From Candidatus Kuenenia stuttgartensis (GTDB taxonomy: Bacteria > Planctomycetota > Brocadiia > Brocadiales > Brocadiaceae): a stretch of DNA of 32,000 nucleotides. Made by a program: the position numbers and the translations under genes. This document shows, piece by piece, positions 27,523 to 32,000 of the stretch (position 1 is the first letter of the stretch; each line of letters starts with the position of its first letter). The notes beneath the pieces were generated by a model. That model ran no database searches. It was not told the DNA's origin and worked only from the letters and a program-made list of their open reading frames with translations. The stretch spans positions 1,470,001-1,502,000 of the forward strand of contig NZ_LT934425.1 of NCBI RefSeq assembly GCF_900232105.1. The letters run 5' to 3'.

Positions 27523-29478
27523 TTATTCTTCTGCGTCCTTTAAAAGGAGATTCAATTCTTTGAACAGTTTGTCAAATCGATCTAGAGCTTCCTCAAGATG
27601 CGGAAGGTTCTTTTTTATCATGCCCGAGTTTTCTACTAAGAATGATGCTGGTCCAAAGTGGTCGAATTCAGAAATATCTATTGAAAGCGTTCTGAAATGT
27701 TCCTCAACCTCTGCAACAACCCGCTTTGGTGCTTTTGAGGGCTTCTTGTCAGACAGCTGTTGAGATCCTTTCAGGCTGTAACATTCATTCACTAAAGTTA
27801 TATACGTTGAACGACCAAACATATCTTCAATATCAGCTTCATCTTGGTTAGCAAACATCTCGGCACTGAAGACGTGCCCTTTCTTAAGTATCTCGGAATC
27901 TCGGAGAGTGCGGATTTTCTTCTTGTCACCATCGTGAAAATCTGTAAAAACGGCAATGTGAAGTTTGTTGCAGCCGAAAAGAGTAATAAAGCTGCCTATC
28001 TTGTCTATTCCTCCGGCCGGAGCAATGACCCATTTTGAATCCAAGCCTTCTTTGCATTGTGATTTGAGTTCCTGAGAGAACCACTTGAGGTATAGCAGGT
28101 CGGACGGTCCCTCGACAAGCAACGTGTGCTTCCCGATGAATAGAGTCTGAGTGATCTCATAACCAAGGGCTGCTTGTAATGGGAACAGAGTGTCGGAATC
28201 CGTGCTTAGAACTTTGTCGCCTATCTTAGTTCCTAATGGTTGCTTATTCTTTACGACATCTTCAACCGTCCTGACACCCATGATGTTGTCGGGATCCACC
28301 ATAAAAGGGGAATGGGTACTGTAGATAACTTGAAAGTGCGGTTTTAGCTTTTCGTTTATGTATCTGAGCAAATCTCCCTGTGCTTTGGCGTGCAAGCTGA
28401 GACCGGGTTCGTCCAGAAGTAGAAAGAGATTCGTACCATAGGTCTTCCGTACTTGTGAGAACCACGCCAAGAAAGAAAAGAACCAAACGAAGCCTGTGCT
28501 GCGGTCTTCGAAGCTTACAGATACTTGATGTCGGGTGTTCTCTATACGAGTCATAAAGACATATCCACTATTGAACGGCGGCGGATCCTCTGCCAGTGCA
28601 TTTTCGAAGCGGAAGTTGACCCTTAAGTATTCATTCTGACTCCAATATTCAAATATCTCTCGGGTCAGCTTATTGGAAACACCCTCAAGCTTTGCTATTA
28701 AATGTTCAAGTTTACCTAACTCTTGAATTTCTTTTGGTGTAGTGCCGGCTAAATCAAGCAAGGCAAGGAAAATCTTCTCTGAGAATAAAAGTTTCTTAGA
28801 ACTTATGTTCTGGCTTAGCGCATTGAAGGAAACTCGCCCAGCCATTTTCTGGTAGTCAGCGAAATAGAGAAAAGTTGGAAGCCGTGTAGCCAATGCATTA
28901 TTGACCACTTGGCTTAGTTCCCCATTTGGGATATTCTTCTTAATCTTAGCAAGAACCTCTGCCTGTTCTGCTGAGGGTGTCTTGATGTTCTCAAGTTGTG
29001 TGATTATATCTGCAACAGAGAGAACCTTGGTCCCTTCTGTAATCTCTCCCTTCTCGGAACGAAGTTGCTTGAGATAATGCTTTACAACTTTCGCTTCGTC
29101 AACCTCAGTATTCCAACAGAGTTTGTTTCCATAGCCTTTGGTTACTGTGACCAGCTTACTCCTGATCGGGTTCACCCCGAATGTATCCTGCAAGACCTTT
29201 TCGTCTCTTTGGTCGAGTTCCCATACAGTCGTGAGTACATTAGCTGGTTTCTCATCCTTGATTACCTCGTAATCTGTTAAACCCTTCCTTGGATACTCCT
29301 CAAGGTCATCGAAGTCAGCTTGATCGCGTTCCACTGGCTTAAGTTTGTAGAGAGCCTGCAAGACTGCACTCTTTCCAGACTCATTTTTCCCGACTAGACA
29401 AGTAATAGGCGCTAGTGAAAATTCTTCTGAATCGTCAATGCACTTGTAATTATGAATTCTTACGGTTTTGAGTCTCAT
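27523..29478 (-). CDS. OLD-family AAA ATPase with C-terminal TOPRIM domain (ATP-dependent endonuclease)
   Basis: Walker A FLVGKNESGKSAVLQALY (read as CLVGKNESGKSAV), NTRHQVSVSFEDRSTGFVWFFSFLAWF, LLLDEPGLSLHAKAQGDLLRYI, VIYSTHSPFMVD, TOPRIM LLVEGPSDLLYLKWF and FTDFHDGD. Confidence 0.88.
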   Translation of the reverse strand: MRLKTVRIHNYKCIDDSEEFSLAPITCLVGKNESGKSAVLQALYKLKPVERDQADFDDLEEYPRKGLTDYEVIKDEKPANVLTTVWELDQRDEKVLQDTFGVNPIRSKLVTVTKGYGNKLCWNTEVDEAKVVKHYLKQLRSEKGEITEGTKVLSVADIITQLENIKTPSAEQAEVLAKIKKNIPNGELSQVVNNALATRLPTFLYFADYQKMAGRVSFNALSQNISSKKLLFSEKIFLALLDLAGTTPKEIQELGKLEHLIAKLEGVSNKLTREIFEYWSQNEYLRVNFRFENALAEDPPPFNSGYVFMTRIENTRHQVSVSFEDRSTGFVWFFSFLAWFSQVRKTYGTNLFLLLDEPGLSLHAKAQGDLLRYINEKLKPHFQVIYSTHSPFMVDPDNIMGVRTVEDVVKNKQPLGTKIGDKVLSTDSDTLFPLQAALGYEITQTLFIGKHTLLVEGPSDLLYLKWFSQELKSQCKEGLDSKWVIAPAGGIDKIGSFITLFGCNKLHIAVFTDFHDGDKKKIRTLRDSEILKKGHVFSAEMFANQDEADIEDMFGRSTYITLVNECYSLKGSQQLSDKKPSKAPKRVVAEVEEHFRTLSIDISEFDHFGPASFLVENSGMIKKNLPHLEEALDRFDKLFKELNLLLKDAEE

Positions 29479-29725
29479 CTACACCTCCTATTTGTTCTAA
29501 TTACTCAGAGAAACTGGACTTTATTTCCTTCATCTCTTGCAATTCCAGCCCTTCTATCTTCCTTTTGTACTCTTCCATCACAATTAAAAGATATGTGTTG
29601 TGTCCGTTGCGCTTGACCCAGCCGCACTTTTATCAAAGAAACGCCACACCCGCTTCTTTAAAATGTTTGTTGATCTTTACACTGGCCTTGGGGGCTTCTT
29701 TATTAAGACATATTCTATAGTGCCA

Positions 29726-30097
29726 TTACCGTAAATCTTCTATCATCCTTTTAATAGTAATGGATAATGGTGACACTTCATGTGCACATATCCAAAATAC
29801 CTCTTCCGCATCAATATCAAAATAGTGATGTGCGATAATATCCCGGAAACCCATGGCGCCTTTCCAGTCGGTTTCAGAGTATTTCGAAAGAAGGCTGCCG
29901 CCTGTTATTTTGTCTATATTTTTCAAGGCTTCTCCGATGGAGATGAACAGCATGCAGATACCATCCAGCTTTTCCATACCGGCCGGCGAATCGGTAAAAT
30001 CGTCTGCGCTATGAATTTGTTCCGAACGACTTTTGATTTTTCCAAGGGCTTCATCAATCTGATGGAGTATTGACAGAACAAGGTCATTATCAAACAT
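29726..30097 (-). CDS. HEPN-domain protein (HepT-like, DUF86), pair 3
   Basis: WKGAMGFRDIIAHHYFDIDAEEVFWIC: RX4HXY motif; overlaps the MNT gene by 8 nt. Read as DWKGAMGFRDIIAHHYFDID. Confidence 0.88.
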   Translation of the reverse strand: MFDNDLVLSILHQIDEALGKIKSRSEQIHSADDFTDSPAGMEKLDGICMLFISIGEALKNIDKITGGSLLSKYSETDWKGAMGFRDIIAHHYFDIDAEEVFWICAHEVSPLSITIKRMIEDLR

Positions 30098-30380
30098 AGA
30101 CGCCCTCTTTCTCTATGCGTTCTTTAAGAAAAGGGTTCATCTTTTCCCGCATCCTGACAATATCAACCTGTTTCCGCACCCGGCTTTCAATCTCTTCCTT
30201 TATGTGCACCATTGCAAACGGGTTGGGAGTCTTTGTTTTTATACAGACGTCAACATCACTGTCCTCCCTCGCTTCATCCCGAGCAATCGAACCGAAGATT
30301 CCGATTTCAAGTATGCCGTATTTATCCGCAAAGTTCTGTTTGAAGTCGCGCAAAATGGCTAGTATATCATCTCTTCCCAT
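30090..30380 (-). CDS. MNT-domain nucleotidyltransferase (MntA-like), pair 3
   Basis: ILEIGIFGSIARDEAREDSDVDVCIKTKTPNPFAMVHIKEEIESRVRKQVDIV. Confidence 0.9.
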   Translation of the reverse strand: MGRDDILAILRDFKQNFADKYGILEIGIFGSIARDEAREDSDVDVCIKTKTPNPFAMVHIKEEIESRVRKQVDIVRMREKMNPFLKERIEKEGVYV

Positions 30381-30482
30381 TATCTGCCTCCTACTGCATT
30401 TATTGCCAATATCTTCTTTCCATAACTACACCTCAATGACCTTGAGACCTTCAAACCGCAAAGGGAATAAAGGCTAGGATCA

Positions 30483-31106
30483 TTACCGTTTCATCAACTT
30501 TCCCTGGCTTTGAGCAGTTTTGATGACAGGATGATTAGCCGTAAAGATTTGTATCCCCGGCACTGTGACAAAGTCGCCATCATCGGTAATGACCTTTAGC
30601 ACACCTGCCTTTGAAATAGCTTCAAGGATAAACAGATCGTAGCCGTCGAGAGGCTGACTCGAAAGCCTTGAGAGAGCAGCATTAGTAACCTGTTCATCTA
30701 TTTGAAGGTCAAGCGTTTGAGCCATTGTGTTAACCTGGCTCCAGGCGGTTTGAACTTCTGCTACGACATTGGCCCGTTCTGTTGAATGGTTATGGCGGTA
30801 TTCTTTACTACCCAAGGCCCCATTAGAGCGGCTGTAAATCTCCCGCTCCGTCCTTTCGATCAGGTGTGCTAATTCTGCCAGAGAAAGTCCGCATCTGTGG
30901 AGTTGGCTTTTCGCTGAAATGGTCTTGCTGATGTATGATGGATAGTCGTTTGTTTGATAAGGTTTGGGACGCGTATCCGCCAGATCTGCCCTGGAATAAG
31001 TAACCCAGTACCATACATTGGTATCCACAAGAAAGATATCGTCTTGCCCCGGTGTGTCATTGCGAATATCGATTACTTCGGCATGGACTGTATAATTGAT
31101 TGCCAT
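30483..31106 (-). CDS. PIN-like domain protein
   Basis: DDIFLVDTNVWYWVTYSR, LSLAELAHLIERTERE, DGYDLFILEAISKAGVLKVITDDGDFVTVPGIQIFTANHPVI: spaced acidic PIN residues. Confidence 0.75.
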   Translation of the reverse strand: MAINYTVHAEVIDIRNDTPGQDDIFLVDTNVWYWVTYSRADLADTRPKPYQTNDYPSYISKTISAKSQLHRCGLSLAELAHLIERTEREIYSRSNGALGSKEYRHNHSTERANVVAEVQTAWSQVNTMAQTLDLQIDEQVTNAALSRLSSQPLDGYDLFILEAISKAGVLKVITDDGDFVTVPGIQIFTANHPVIKTAQSQGKLMKR

Positions 31107-31453
31107 TATAAAGCCTCGGACTGTTCAAGCAGGACTTCGTCAACGGCCTTACGAACGTTAGGGTTGGAATAATACTCTTTAGAGTTCTCAATAACTCTTT
31201 TGAGAACCGCTAAACCTGTAGGGACAATGTTTGTAATTTTGAGGAGGCGGTTAAGGTCGTCAGGTTTAATATCTTTGAGTAGCCGACCAATGGCGGCATT
31301 AAAGAACGGTGATGCAAATATTTTCACATCCTTAAAATCAAGGGCAACGATATTGCCGCCTGATAATTCAGGGTGTATCAAGTTGAAAATTTTCTGACCG
31401 TCCTCCAGTGTAATGCAGTTTTCACCAACCAGATCAAATACGTTTATCTTCAT
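31106..31453 (-). CDS. STAS-like domain protein (DUF4325-like)
   Basis: GGNIVALDFKDVKIFASPFFNAAIGRLLKDIKPDDLNRLLKITNIVPTGLAVLKRVIENSKEYY; TAATG coupling with the PIN gene. Confidence 0.75.
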   Translation of the reverse strand: MKINVFDLVGENCITLEDGQKIFNLIHPELSGGNIVALDFKDVKIFASPFFNAAIGRLLKDIKPDDLNRLLKITNIVPTGLAVLKRVIENSKEYYSNPNVRKAVDEVLLEQSEAL

Positions 31454-31470
31454 TTTAAAACCTCCATTGA

Positions 31471-32000
31471 TTAAAAAAGCGGCTCTTCAACAACTTCTGA
31501 CGCCAAGTGGTAATATGATTCATCACAAATAAAAGTTATATTTATAAGAGTTCCTTCAAAAAATGTAGACCTGTTCAAGAACTCTTCCCGCTTGCTATCT
31601 ATGTATAGCATAACCCTCATGGCTAAATACCTCAAGTTTTCCCTTATTGATTTTTACGAACTCTTTAAGCAGATCAAGCCCCAGACCTCTATTATTTGGC
31701 TTCGTGGTTGTCCCGCGCTGAAATGCCCATTTCAGGCAGCTTGCGGCGTTCAAGGAGTGCGCCCGCGGATCATGTTTGAAAAACATTCTTACATTTGACG
31801 GTATCCCAACGCCAAAATCCACAACTGAAAGTTTAAGTTCATGTTTATTCGGGTAATGTTGACCGCAGCTAAAGATACCAATGGGCGACTGGCCATGCTC
31901 AAAGGCATTGGCGTAAATCTCCCAGACCCTGCCAACAATGGCATCCTTCAGCATTTCACTCACAGGAACCCATCCTCGCCCCAGCCAATTCGTTTTCAAG
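31471..32000 (-). CDS. HATPase_c (GHKL) ATP-binding protein, truncated by the window edge, with an apparent frameshift near 31600
   Basis: VWEIYANAFEHG, LSVVDFGVGIPSNVRMFF, RGTTTKPNNRGLGLDLLKEFVKINKGKLEVFSHEGYAI. The track ORF ends at 31595 but another frame continues DSKREEFLNRSTFFEGTLINITFICDESYYHLASEVVEEPLF* to 31471. Confidence 0.75.

Noticed and set aside
27523-29478. Calling the OLD nuclease a Gabija (GajA/GajB) or PARIS system
   Set aside because: No UvrD-like GajB partner is visible on either side, and the ATPase and TOPRIM are fused in one protein unlike AriA/AriB.
29501-29580. Small ORF ending MEEYKRKIEGLELQEMKEIKSSFSE just upstream of the OLD gene
   Set aside because: Too short and without recognisable homology; may be a coding remnant but cannot be supported.
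1-32000. tRNA or rRNA genes
   Set aside because: No cloverleaf-compatible stretch with T-loop GTTCRAATC-type signature or rRNA motif was recognised by eye; tRNAscan-SE and Infernal would be decisive.

Overview
32 kb chromosomal window with ordinary housekeeping genes on the left and centre and an accessory, defence-like, minus-strand island on the right. Core genes: tsaC/Sua5-like, rpiB, a DUF4292-like lipoprotein, dapF, a CheB-CheR-PAS fusion protein, a PAS/histidine kinase/receiver hybrid, ispG-dxr-rseP, a 2-hydroxyacyl-CoA dehydratase-family protein, ftsH, a MacA/MacB-like ABC export pair without an adjacent permease, recG and a pterin dehydratase. Accessory genes: a BrnT/BrnA pair whose BrnT has one in-frame stop, a frameshifted shikimate-kinase-like gene, three separate MNT nucleotidyltransferase/HEPN (MntA/HepT-type) pairs, a fragment resembling the N-terminus of a large restriction helicase, an orphan antitoxin-like gene, an OLD-family AAA+TOPRIM nuclease, and a HATPase / STAS-like (DUF4325) / PIN-domain locus at the right edge. 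Intergenic DNA is rich in dispersed repeats. These include a ~297-bp MITE-like element with GTAACAYTTTAG...CTAAARTGTTAC termini, a second family sharing those termini, a 'TTAGTRCCTTATC...AAATATTTAA' motif, 'CTGAGGACTGAGGACTG' tracts and 'GGGAGCATTCCCGATTTTTTGTAA' motifs. The best leads are the HATPase-STAS-PIN locus, the MNT/HEPN pair enclosed by nested inverted repeats, and the MITE-like family. All family assignments come from reading protein motifs; no database search was run. The host looks like a Gram-negative bacterium, possibly a Brocadiales-type planctomycete, but that is weak inference.
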